Made by a program: the position numbers and the translations under genes
Notes under the pieces: model-generated
Told to the model about the DNA's origin: nothing
Seen by the model: the letters and a program-made list of their open reading frames with translations, nothing else
The model's database searches: none
Shown here: positions 24,704 through 33,716 of the stretch, piece by piece
Numbering within the stretch: position 1 is the stretch's first letter
How the letters are laid out: each line of letters opens with the position of its first letter
IMG/VR virus record: IMGVR_UViG_3300045988_066341
Strand: one strand, 5' to 3'
Source: a virus
DNA: 64,000 nt

Positions 24704-26941
24704 TTAACTACACGAAAAATCTCGCATCAACTTATTTGTATTAGCAGTGTATTCATTAACTATCTTACTGGATGAGGGATTATCCTCTATCCTTGACAGG
24801 CGGTTATCGTCACTCCTTACCGTAACGTCACCCATCCTTCGTACCATGTTTTCTTGATATGATGATGGATCGGAGTATATAAGATCATCAACGAACCTGT
24901 ATATCGCACCATCAACCGTCTCACCTACCTTCTCATATAAGCCGGATTGGAATGACACGAAATCATCATACCTCTCACGAGCCAAGAACGAACCGTCCGG
25001 TCTCGCCTCGACGCCGCCGTTGACCTCCCGGAGCAGGCCCGGATTCCTTTGGTACAGATACCTGTAAAACCCGACATCCATCATCCTGTCCTGACTATCC
25101 AGATAGAAAAGGTTTCTCATGCTACTGTCACCGGACTCGATAGCCACGTCAAACAGAAGATCCCTTACCTGACCTTCCGGCAACGACATCTCCATGCTTT
25201 TTAACGTACCTCTGTCATGGTGGTTCAAAGATACGTTATAAAATCCATTAAAATCAAGGAAACGTAAGACATTATTATATAAATCCGATTTTTTTAACCT
25301 TTCCTTGATCTGGATCTTCCTCAACGAGGTACAGGATTTGATAAAATCCCGATCCTTTCCCTGCCTAGCCTCGTATCTCCTGAACTCCCGATCAATATCG
25401 ACATCATCCATCTCAGGAGTCACGGGATGTTGGTATATTAATCTGGTAAGGATCATGTTCTCTGTATTCGAGGATGAGATGTTGGACATAACTAGCTTCT
25501 TTATGTTATCCTTGACCACGCCAATATCGGAACGGGAAGCCCCGGCGGGGACCACGCCAGCCGGCAAGTACGAGGACCGCTCTATCCCGATATTGGCCAA
25601 CATCTCATAGGCCTGATCGGTGTCGGTTATCGGGGCTGTGTTATGGTACGTATTCCTACCCATATACAACATGCTCCTATCATACATATCGGAAGGGGAT
25701 GTATTCCCGGACCTTACATACACCATCCTATCCCCAGTAGAATAAGTATCCTGAACCTCGTATATCGGGTTCCCTTTTCCTGTTATCCTATCAAGATCGG
25801 AGATAAAGCTATCGTATACCGAATTGCCGGCCTGTATGGAAGACAACATGACATCCAGCGACGCCATAAGATCACGGATATCCTCCGGTCTGGATATAAT
25901 CATCTCATCGCTGATCGCCTCGCTTATATCCACACCCATGTCGGCAAGATCCATGGCTATGTCATGCAGACGTCCGGCAACGTCCTTGATGTCCTTAAAA
26001 TCATCCATATCGATTATCTCCCCAACCTTATCCCTTAGACCCTTCATATCCTTAGGCATACTGATATACGGTGTGGTACTATTGAAGTACGAGTCGGTAA
26101 TCGTATTTCCGTCCTGACTCCGAACCTCCATACGGGTCATATTACGATACGTGTCATACATCCGATCTGCGTAATCCTGATCCTCCTGATACCAGAGTGC
26201 CAAGGAAGGGTATGGGATGGAGGCGAAAGCCTGATCGAACTCCCGGCGGTCGCTGATACCGCCTACCGCCCTCATGATCGTATCCCTTACCTCTATTGGA
26301 TTCAAGCCCCTTCTCTTTCCTAACGAGTCATATGTATCCTCATATATCATATAATCATCACCAAGACCTGACTCGGAGGACAGGAAATACATATCCTTCT
26401 CATTAAGATTCCCCTCAGACATAAAATCGACAATCCTCCTCATCATATCCCTTACCCGCTCATACTCCGATCGGTTAGTCATGATATTATCAATCTCATC
26501 AGCGTCATACATCCCAGATCGCTCAAGATTGTACCTATTGAGGAATATATCACCGCCGGAAAGGAAGTTAGATACGATCATATCATTAAGATCATTGATA
26601 TTATCAACACCCAAGGAAGTAAGAGTATTATTAATATCCTTAACCTCATCAGCCATGAAATTGCCGGCGAAATAGTTCTTCCGCTTGATAAAGGACATGA
26701 CATCATCATACCTAGGTTCCCCATTACTATCCAGATCATATTCTGATGGCATGGACATCCAGTCGCCAAAGAAGGACACGAAGTCGGGGGAGTAGGCCGT
26801 ACCCCAGACCGATAAGGCCTGCTTCTGGTCGCCCAGCACCTCCATCGCCCTTTGGTATAATCCGGATGGTTGGTCGTTCGGGGCAAGGACATTATCTATC
26901 CCACCCTCCTTATTTTTTATAACATAACAAGATCGTCCCAT
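24704..26941 (-). CDS. large virion-module protein (745 aa) sharing an N-terminal ~65-aa module with the 2414-aa polyvalent protein
   Basis: ATG 26941 lies 19 nt after a -7 box; the track extension to 27025 crosses a terminator. SCYVIKNKEGGIDNVLAP...FGDWMS is comparable to SCVIKRNKEGKITRVLTP...FGDWVS. Confidence 0.8.
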   Translation of the reverse strand: MGRSCYVIKNKEGGIDNVLAPNDQPSGLYQRAMEVLGDQKQALSVWGTAYSPDFVSFFGDWMSMPSEYDLDSNGEPRYDDVMSFIKRKNYFAGNFMADEVKDINNTLTSLGVDNINDLNDMIVSNFLSGGDIFLNRYNLERSGMYDADEIDNIMTNRSEYERVRDMMRRIVDFMSEGNLNEKDMYFLSSESGLGDDYMIYEDTYDSLGKRRGLNPIEVRDTIMRAVGGISDRREFDQAFASIPYPSLALWYQEDQDYADRMYDTYRNMTRMEVRSQDGNTITDSYFNSTTPYISMPKDMKGLRDKVGEIIDMDDFKDIKDVAGRLHDIAMDLADMGVDISEAISDEMIISRPEDIRDLMASLDVMLSSIQAGNSVYDSFISDLDRITGKGNPIYEVQDTYSTGDRMVYVRSGNTSPSDMYDRSMLYMGRNTYHNTAPITDTDQAYEMLANIGIERSSYLPAGVVPAGASRSDIGVVKDNIKKLVMSNISSSNTENMILTRLIYQHPVTPEMDDVDIDREFRRYEARQGKDRDFIKSCTSLRKIQIKERLKKSDLYNNVLRFLDFNGFYNVSLNHHDRGTLKSMEMSLPEGQVRDLLFDVAIESGDSSMRNLFYLDSQDRMMDVGFYRYLYQRNPGLLREVNGGVEARPDGSFLARERYDDFVSFQSGLYEKVGETVDGAIYRFVDDLIYSDPSSYQENMVRRMGDVTVRSDDNRLSRIEDNPSSSKIVNEYTANTNKLMRDFSCS

Positions 26942-26959
26942 TACTAAATCGTTTTGACA

Positions 26960-26967
26960 CAAAGATA
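26960..26967 (-). promoter_or_regulatory. -7 box TATCTTTG, class A
   Basis: 19 nt upstream of ATG 26941. Confidence 0.6.
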
Positions 26968-26999
26968 GAAAATCCCGCCTACTCTCACGAGCGGACGGG
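26968..26999 (-). terminator. intrinsic terminator with a GUGA tetraloop
   Basis: CCCGUCCGCUC-GUGA-GAGUAGGCGGG-AUUUUC on the - strand, abutting the promoter. Confidence 0.65.
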
Positions 27000-27114
27000 A
27001 CACCAAAATAACAACATAATAACAAACCTTATGTTTCTCCGAAAAGTGCAAATCTTTTTGCCGATCCTCACGAACAGGCAAAAGCTCAATCCTAAATTAC
27101 AAAAAAAATGGAAT

Positions 27115-27963
27115 TTATCGTTTAGCGAAAATATCTTTATCTGATCTATTCAGAACCCTGCCTTTCAATTCCAAGAACCTAGGCATCCATTCTTTAGATA
27201 TCTTAGACACGATCCACTGAAATCCCTTAGGAGTCACATAGACAGTATTAGTGCCGTAGAACTCGTCATCATTACGATATCTGTAACGAGCATAACCGCT
27301 GTCTATCATCCTTTGGGAAAGCAACCACCTCTTACCGGTCTTAGCGAAGAACTTCTTATCCTCAAGCAATATTCGAAGATTCTTCTCCGCTATATCATAT
27401 CCATGAGCCTCTAGCTTTTCCCGAACCTCTCTGATCAACATATCTGTCTCTTGGGCTATTTCGGCTGTCTTAGCAAACTCAACCATAGGAGCCTGTTCTT
27501 TGATGATGTTATCAGATATCCTTTTAGCCTCTAATGCAAGCTTAGCTTCTTTTTCAGCCCTTTCTCTAGCTTCCACCTCATCAGCATACATCCGTAAAGC
27601 CTCCGAATAGCTAGATGGTATTTTATTTATCACTTTATGAAAAACATCCCTGTAAACATTAAATACAGATCTAACCTTTCTAGCTATAAAATACTCCATA
27701 CAAGATATAGAAATCATATAAACATTTACAGGTCTTCCTACTGTCGTATTTTCGCCATTTGTGGCTAAAATCTCATAATCAATACCTTGCATAAACTGAT
27801 CACTACTTACTAAAGCTCTAACAGCTTTCTCCTTAGCCGAATAAACCAATGGCCATACATCATCTAAATTAACAGGGAATTTATCACCAAGTTTACTTAG
27901 ATTTAAAACCTTTTCAAAATACGATCTGATAGATAAGTCATCACTCAAAACAATATTACACAT
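27115..27963 (-). CDS. phage antirepressor-like DNA-binding protein (AntA/Rha-like N-terminus plus KilAC/ANT C-terminus), 282 aa
   Basis: DDVWPLVYS..GIDYEIL..GRPVNVYMISISCMEYF; central EARERAEKEAKLALEAK..PMVEF; C-terminal GKRWLLSQRMIDSGY...VYVTPKGFQWI. Confidence 0.6.
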   Translation of the reverse strand: MCNIVLSDDLSIRSYFEKVLNLSKLGDKFPVNLDDVWPLVYSAKEKAVRALVSSDQFMQGIDYEILATNGENTTVGRPVNVYMISISCMEYFIARKVRSVFNVYRDVFHKVINKIPSSYSEALRMYADEVEARERAEKEAKLALEAKRISDNIIKEQAPMVEFAKTAEIAQETDMLIREVREKLEAHGYDIAEKNLRILLEDKKFFAKTGKRWLLSQRMIDSGYARYRYRNDDEFYGTNTVYVTPKGFQWIVSKISKEWMPRFLELKGRVLNRSDKDIFAKR

Positions 27964-28076
27964 AATACAAAACAACAAGGGCCGTTGGCGTCCGTTATTC
28001 CACCAATAGCCCTCATCTATCGCCTACGCCTAGGCGAGTTAATATCTTCTTATGGCCCAATAACGGATGGACACCG

Positions 28077-28084
28077 CAAATATA
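28077..28084 (-). promoter_or_regulatory. -7 box TATATTTG, class B
   Basis: 114 nt upstream of ATG 27963. The leader folds into a long stem (CCGUUAUU..AAUAACGG, GGGCC..GGCCC). Confidence 0.5.
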
Positions 28085-28138
28085 AGACCTTATTTTGAAA
28101 CTACAAACAAACAGGAGATATTTTTACAAAAAATGTAA

Positions 28139-28738
28139 TCAGCCATATTCCTCTGTCATATATAAAGCGTAGCTATACCTATCCTCTATCATCTCCACCA
28201 CCTTCTTGATATCAGATAAAGTTAGTTTCTTTATCTCCATATTCCTACTATCCATCCTGACAAAAGAGTTCTTGAACTCCTGCTCGGTTATAGCATCCAA
28301 CCTAAATAGATTGTATTTTATAAGCAACTGGCTTACGTCAAATATCAGGATATTAAGATCAATATCATCCTTCAACTCATCAAGAAGATCACGCATCATG
28401 GCTTCGATAGCATCAGTATCAAGCTCCAGTTTCTCGGCTTCCTTCATCAACTTCTTGATAATACCATTGTGCTCGATTATGATGTTAGCATTATCATCAT
28501 CGGTAGGTAAAAGGATATCCATCGTACATTTTATACCAACCTTATCACTAAGTCTTTTATTGAACTCAGTCATATAATCAAAAGCCTGATCCCTACTTAA
28601 TGAGTATGTATGATCAAGCAACTGCTTTTGTCTGACCTTGACAAAATAGTTACTGGTGTATAACATCATCAAGACCTTCACTCGCTGGATGCGTAGGTCT
28701 TGCATGATCTTCCGATGTAAAAAAGAATCTAGTTGCAT
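28139..28738 (-). CDS. hypothetical protein, 199 aa
   Basis: ORF track 28139-28786. ATG 28738 chosen by analogy with the homologous leader of 16412-16690; alternative ATG at 28765. Confidence 0.55.
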   Translation of the reverse strand: MQLDSFLHRKIMQDLRIQRVKVLMMLYTSNYFVKVRQKQLLDHTYSLSRDQAFDYMTEFNKRLSDKVGIKCTMDILLPTDDDNANIIIEHNGIIKKLMKEAEKLELDTDAIEAMMRDLLDELKDDIDLNILIFDVSQLLIKYNLFRLDAITEQEFKNSFVRMDSRNMEIKKLTLSDIKKVVEMIEDRYSYALYMTEEYG

Positions 28739-28803
28739 AATATAAAGAGTCCCCACCGGGGCCATCACACACCCGACAGGGACCAACTTTTAAATATCTT
28801 ACT

Positions 28804-28823
28804 CGTCAGGTGATGGACTGACG
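28804..28823 (-). promoter_or_regulatory. leader hairpin CGUCAG-UCCAUCAC-CUGACG
   Basis: Starts 4 nt after the -7 box; its loop is identical to that of 16759-16776. Confidence 0.5.
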
Positions 28824-28826
28824 CCG

Positions 28827-28834
28827 CAAAGATA
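28827..28834 (-). promoter_or_regulatory. -7 box TATCTTTG, class B
   Basis: 89 nt upstream of ATG 28738; 17 nt after the stop at 28851. Confidence 0.5.
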
Positions 28835-28850
28835 AGTCAAGATATTTTAT

Positions 28851-31800
28851 TTAGCAAGGATTTTCCGCCTCATTTTCTCCGGATACTACGTTACCGTCGG
28901 AAACCAAAGACTTGTCCTCGGCCGCCTTCGTAGGCGAGGCGAACTCCGATGGCAGATCCGGCAGGTTAGGGAACGAGACTTCCGTCTCCTCCTTGGATAC
29001 CTTGTTCTCCTTGATACTCATCCTAAACTTAGGAGCTATGAAAGGATCGTTGTTAAGATCGATGTTGATCGTAACGTCATTCATCAAAATATCCTCCTTA
29101 GTTCTGGAATCACCTATCCATCCTCTTACGTCAGCGGTCATAGGCATCCTGCTAGCCGCTTCCTTGACAGCTTTAAGCCGGTTCTTGATAACATCCACGT
29201 CTCCCGCCAGCGGAATCATATATGTCTTATTATCCAACCCTGATCTGGCTATAGCGTTATTAAGATCCATTATATCATCAATACTTACGCCTCCGCCTAG
29301 ACCCTCCGTAATCCTATCAGCCATCGATCCGATCATGGATGAGAATGACGATATATCCTGATTTTTCAATCTTACGGGGTACAGGTAATTTCTTCCATTT
29401 CCTGTCTTTATAGCTACGACCGGGATACGTGAATCTTTATAGTCACCATACTTGTCCCTGACGATAGCCGTACAGAACGGGAATATATTATACTTAATAT
29501 CATCCCTCATCGTAACCTCCCCATTCTCTATATATCCTACGCTCTCGACTTTACCAACCGTCTCGTTGGTAAAATCATTCTCGGATACCATCAACGTACC
29601 ATTATCATCACTTACGCTAAAATTAGGTCTTCCCGGCAAAACACTGGTAACTGTACCTACGAACGGTATATCAATCTCGCCAGTAACAGATCCTATATTA
29701 TCCCTATATAACTCAAAGGCCCTACTCCTTAAATCAGCGTTACTTCCTTTTGAATCCGGGTCATTGGCTTTCAGTACCGAGACGAAATTGCCGTCGCTAT
29801 CCACGATCTTAATAACCATATTATCAACCAGCTCTCGGTAAGCCGACTTAGTCTCATCAGAATTAGGGTCAACGGCGTTAAGACTATTGTATTTATCATA
29901 CAGTCCCTTGGTGTATGGATCTGACATATCCATCTTAAACCTTACCATATCACCCTTGCGGAGGCTAGCCGCTGCTTCCTGATTCACCGACTCGTTGTTA
30001 GATCCAAACGTATCACCCGTATAATAAGGGACAATAGATCCATCCTGCCCCTTGCGATACACCATGAACCAGATGGAGGTCGACAAGGCGGTTTGCCGCC
30101 CCAATATGACACCGGTAGCGTTCTCGAAAGCCTGAGCGTCATCCTCGCTAATCATCCATCTTGAGTGGTTATCTGACTCTATAACAGTAAATATGTCGGT
30201 TCCGTTGGTGAAATCCATCACCCTTCCATTATCAGTATCAGTGGCATCAGATCTTTTAAGCCCAAGACTGTCCATAAACCTGTCAAGTCTCATTCCGCCA
30301 ACCTCATAATACATGACCCCACCGATCTCTCTCTTCTGGGCCATCAACACCACCGGGTTCTGGGCGGCGTTAACTTCCGTCCTGCCGGTGGATGTCCCGG
30401 GTTCGCTCTCTGTGAGGACATCACCCATAGGTATGGATTTATCGTAATCCTTGACAGCTATACTTCCATTATCATACAACCTCATCCATTCCACGAATTG
30501 AAGAAGAGGATCATCAGAATAGTTATTGATAATATCAATAGCCTCATTAAGCTTATCCTGATCAACCTCATTGCCATTGTCAGCCTCATTCATAAGATCG
30601 TTATAGGTCTTTATAGCCTCCTTAACCTGATCCTGATCAAGACCATTAATATTCATATCTATGATATCATCAATATTATCCTTAATATTATCTGATACAT
30701 TATCATTGATCTTTAATCTATCTATCATTGACTTAGCCCTATTTATCCTAGCTATAGGATTATCGCCAAATCCTTTTACAAGATTATTAATACGATCCTT
30801 ATTGTTATCATATATCTGCTTTTCCCTAGGAGATAAAATATCCTCATTACCGTTCCAGATCTTTATGGCTATATCATTGGCTCTATCATCTGAAGGATTT
30901 ATAATATCCTCATCATCAGGAACCCTCTCAACTATATTACTTTCATCAGCCTTAATCTCATTCTCCATAGATCTGGCTATCATATGATTATATGTCTTGA
31001 ACATAAATGCCTCATCCTCTCCTATAAGACCATCTTGGTAAGCCTTGTCTATGGCTTGATCATTAGCGTAAAGGGCGTTTGCTTCAGGATTATCAGTATT
31101 CCTGAAATCATACTTGCTATCATCCTCCTCATAAGTCTTACCCCATGCGTTCGACAATATCTTCATGAACCCGCGCTCCTGCGCCCGGATGAATCTTCTG
31201 TCACGCATACGACGAAGAGACTCGTTTATATTCTTATAAGCCACAAGATTATGACGATACTCGCTAAGCAACGCCATGGCCTCTTTATGATTATCGACCC
31301 CACGGGTAGACACGGCATTCTCAAAATCAACTATAGTCTCATAAGCCGCCATAAGATCTGAGACGCTAATCTTAGAATCATTATCATTTAAAGATAACTT
31401 AGATATATCCACATCTGAATTAATCAACGTGCTTAACTTTCTCTCCAAGGCAATTCTTTCTTCCGTCAATTTAAGAAGCCTATCATTCTCCTCAGCCAAC
31501 TTAGTCTTATCAGACTCAATTGCTTCCTTCGATGCAACCTTTTGTTGAGTATTTAAAATATTCCTCTCCATCTTCCGTATATCATTCGTCAGCTTCCGGA
31601 GTTTTTCGAGAGCCTTGCTTGAATCAGGATTAAGATGAGAGTATATATCAAGGGCATCACCTATACCCGTCTTATATATCCTGTTTAACTGATTGGTGAT
31701 ATCATTCAAATTATCCTTAGCCTCAATACCGTTATATACCATATTGGAGATATAGGCGTTAAAAGACCTGTTCGGGATACCCTCAGTAAGTGAGTCGGCG

Positions 31801-33716
31801 AATCTGTTGGCCATGGTAAAATTATCCACCTTCTTATTAAACTCGTTGACAAGATCGGCTTTATACTCATTAACCTGCTCATCCGTCATATTCATATCGG
31901 ACGCTATATCGCTATTAGGTATAGATTCGACTACCGTCCTGAAATTCTCCTTGGTATCATCCAACATCCCCATCTCCGAATCATAACGGAGACGATTGAA
32001 TACGGCGTCACTAAAATCCTTATTTATGATCCTACCATCACTCTCGTACGATGTGTCTACACCAGATAATTGAGCGTTAAGAGCCATACTGCCACGAATA
32101 GCACGGACAGCGGCGGTGGTCAAGGCGCCGGCATTGGCGTTGTAGGCCTCCACCATCCCCTTGTTCCGGGACATGTCTTGGCTCCATTCCTTTATACCCC
32201 CAATAGTCTTTCCACCCATAATCGATCCGATAATCATACCGATACCGATCTCCTTCCATCCTTGGCTAGACCCGTACGTCTCCTTGAACCCATTCTTTAT
32301 AGCCTCCATATAGCCTATATTCTGCCGGATAGCCATAGGATTGTATCTTGATTCTACCCAATCCTTGGCGGACTTACTAGCCACTCCCTGAAGACCTTCC
32401 TCATACAGACCCTCTGACACTGGGCGCTTGATGATATTGAACGTATTTCCGGCTACCTTCTGCCATTTCTTTGGTGTTATGGCTCTTAACGTACCGTTAT
32501 CCATCCTCTCGGCACCTACGCCAAATATATTGCGTTTTATGAACTTATCCACACCAAGATCCATGCCGAACATATCGCCGAACATAGCTATATTGGATAA
32601 TGACAATATGCCGACGTTGGCGGCAAATACGGCATTAGCGGCATTGGCATTGTCAGCTCTGAACTTCATAAGCTCCTCATATGGGACTTCCCTTCCATAA
32701 GCGTTACGGTAAGACTGCCTGAAATTCTCCTCAGCCTCCATCAGCATGCTTCTGGCCTCGACAGACGCCTCCCACGAGGTAGATGTGCCAAGGAAAGCGA
32801 GGGTGTCCAGTCCCTTGCCTATCCTCCGTCCCGTACGGGCGGCCCTAAGGTAGACACCGAACGCTTTCTTGGTATCCGAAGCCGCTTTGCCTATCCTAGC
32901 CAAAGCCACACCCGCCCTAGCTCCCGTACGAGCTAAGTTCATCAATCCAGCGCCGGAATATACGGCTGACGATAACATGGCTCCAGCGGTAAAAGCAAGA
33001 CCGGATAAAAAATCGTTAGACCAGAAATTAGCCGTAGTCATGCTTTGAAGGAAATTCATATCCCGCTCCTCACGATTGTAATAATGAGCAAGACCGTAAT
33101 CCATCTTCTTGTCCTGATCATCCAACCATCTCGTGAAATCGTTATCAAAAACAGCGTTAAAATTACCTCTGGATACACCGGCGTAAATACCATAAAAAGG
33201 CTGAATAACACCACCTAATCCATACAAAGCGGCTTTACCTACAAATTTCCCCAAACCTCTCATCCATTTCTCAGTCCTACCTTGACTCCTAGATAAACGT
33301 GTGTCGTTATCTACACCGGGGATATAAGACTCGTATTTAGGTATCCAAGTACCGCTACTAAGTCGATACCTTGAATCCTCCAACGATATCTCCGGACCAG
33401 TAAGATTAAACCTGCCCTTATAGCTTTGATCAGAAGCCATATATCCTAATGGGGACATATGTTTCATATCATCATAATAATTTGTCTTAACAGTATTCTT
33501 GATCCTCTCCGACAATGACGGTATCTGGGACTTTGATCTCTCGGAAGCGGAATACGGATCCAATACCGGAGGCAGGTCACGATCCGGTATATCATAGGGA
33601 TCCGTACCAATAGCCTTTATATTATCTACGTTTATGGTAGGATATCTGTACTTCTCGGCAAGATCCTTTCCGTTAGAGGTATTATTATAGATTTCCATTG
33701 TTTCCATTATTTCCAC
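28851..33716 (-). CDS. giant virion-module protein (~1615-1621 aa) with Gly/Ala-rich hydrophobic segments; possible internal/ejection protein
   Basis: Uninterrupted ORF; start ambiguous (GTG 33716, ATG 33707 or ATG 33698) within a 9-bp tandem repeat. Confidence 0.8.
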   Translation of the reverse strand: MEIMETMEIYNNTSNGKDLAEKYRYPTINVDNIKAIGTDPYDIPDRDLPPVLDPYSASERSKSQIPSLSERIKNTVKTNYYDDMKHMSPLGYMASDQSYKGRFNLTGPEISLEDSRYRLSSGTWIPKYESYIPGVDNDTRLSRSQGRTEKWMRGLGKFVGKAALYGLGGVIQPFYGIYAGVSRGNFNAVFDNDFTRWLDDQDKKMDYGLAHYYNREERDMNFLQSMTTANFWSNDFLSGLAFTAGAMLSSAVYSGAGLMNLARTGARAGVALARIGKAASDTKKAFGVYLRAARTGRRIGKGLDTLAFLGTSTSWEASVEARSMLMEAEENFRQSYRNAYGREVPYEELMKFRADNANAANAVFAANVGILSLSNIAMFGDMFGMDLGVDKFIKRNIFGVGAERMDNGTLRAITPKKWQKVAGNTFNIIKRPVSEGLYEEGLQGVASKSAKDWVESRYNPMAIRQNIGYMEAIKNGFKETYGSSQGWKEIGIGMIIGSIMGGKTIGGIKEWSQDMSRNKGMVEAYNANAGALTTAAVRAIRGSMALNAQLSGVDTSYESDGRIINKDFSDAVFNRLRYDSEMGMLDDTKENFRTVVESIPNSDIASDMNMTDEQVNEYKADLVNEFNKKVDNFTMANRFADSLTEGIPNRSFNAYISNMVYNGIEAKDNLNDITNQLNRIYKTGIGDALDIYSHLNPDSSKALEKLRKLTNDIRKMERNILNTQQKVASKEAIESDKTKLAEENDRLLKLTEERIALERKLSTLINSDVDISKLSLNDNDSKISVSDLMAAYETIVDFENAVSTRGVDNHKEAMALLSEYRHNLVAYKNINESLRRMRDRRFIRAQERGFMKILSNAWGKTYEEDDSKYDFRNTDNPEANALYANDQAIDKAYQDGLIGEDEAFMFKTYNHMIARSMENEIKADESNIVERVPDDEDIINPSDDRANDIAIKIWNGNEDILSPREKQIYDNNKDRINNLVKGFGDNPIARINRAKSMIDRLKINDNVSDNIKDNIDDIIDMNINGLDQDQVKEAIKTYNDLMNEADNGNEVDQDKLNEAIDIINNYSDDPLLQFVEWMRLYDNGSIAVKDYDKSIPMGDVLTESEPGTSTGRTEVNAAQNPVVLMAQKREIGGVMYYEVGGMRLDRFMDSLGLKRSDATDTDNGRVMDFTNGTDIFTVIESDNHSRWMISEDDAQAFENATGVILGRQTALSTSIWFMVYRKGQDGSIVPYYTGDTFGSNNESVNQEAAASLRKGDMVRFKMDMSDPYTKGLYDKYNSLNAVDPNSDETKSAYRELVDNMVIKIVDSDGNFVSVLKANDPDSKGSNADLRSRAFELYRDNIGSVTGEIDIPFVGTVTSVLPGRPNFSVSDDNGTLMVSENDFTNETVGKVESVGYIENGEVTMRDDIKYNIFPFCTAIVRDKYGDYKDSRIPVVAIKTGNGRNYLYPVRLKNQDISSFSSMIGSMADRITEGLGGGVSIDDIMDLNNAIARSGLDNKTYMIPLAGDVDVIKNRLKAVKEAASRMPMTADVRGWIGDSRTKEDILMNDVTINIDLNNDPFIAPKFRMSIKENKVSKEETEVSFPNLPDLPSEFASPTKAAEDKSLVSDGNVVSGENEAENPC

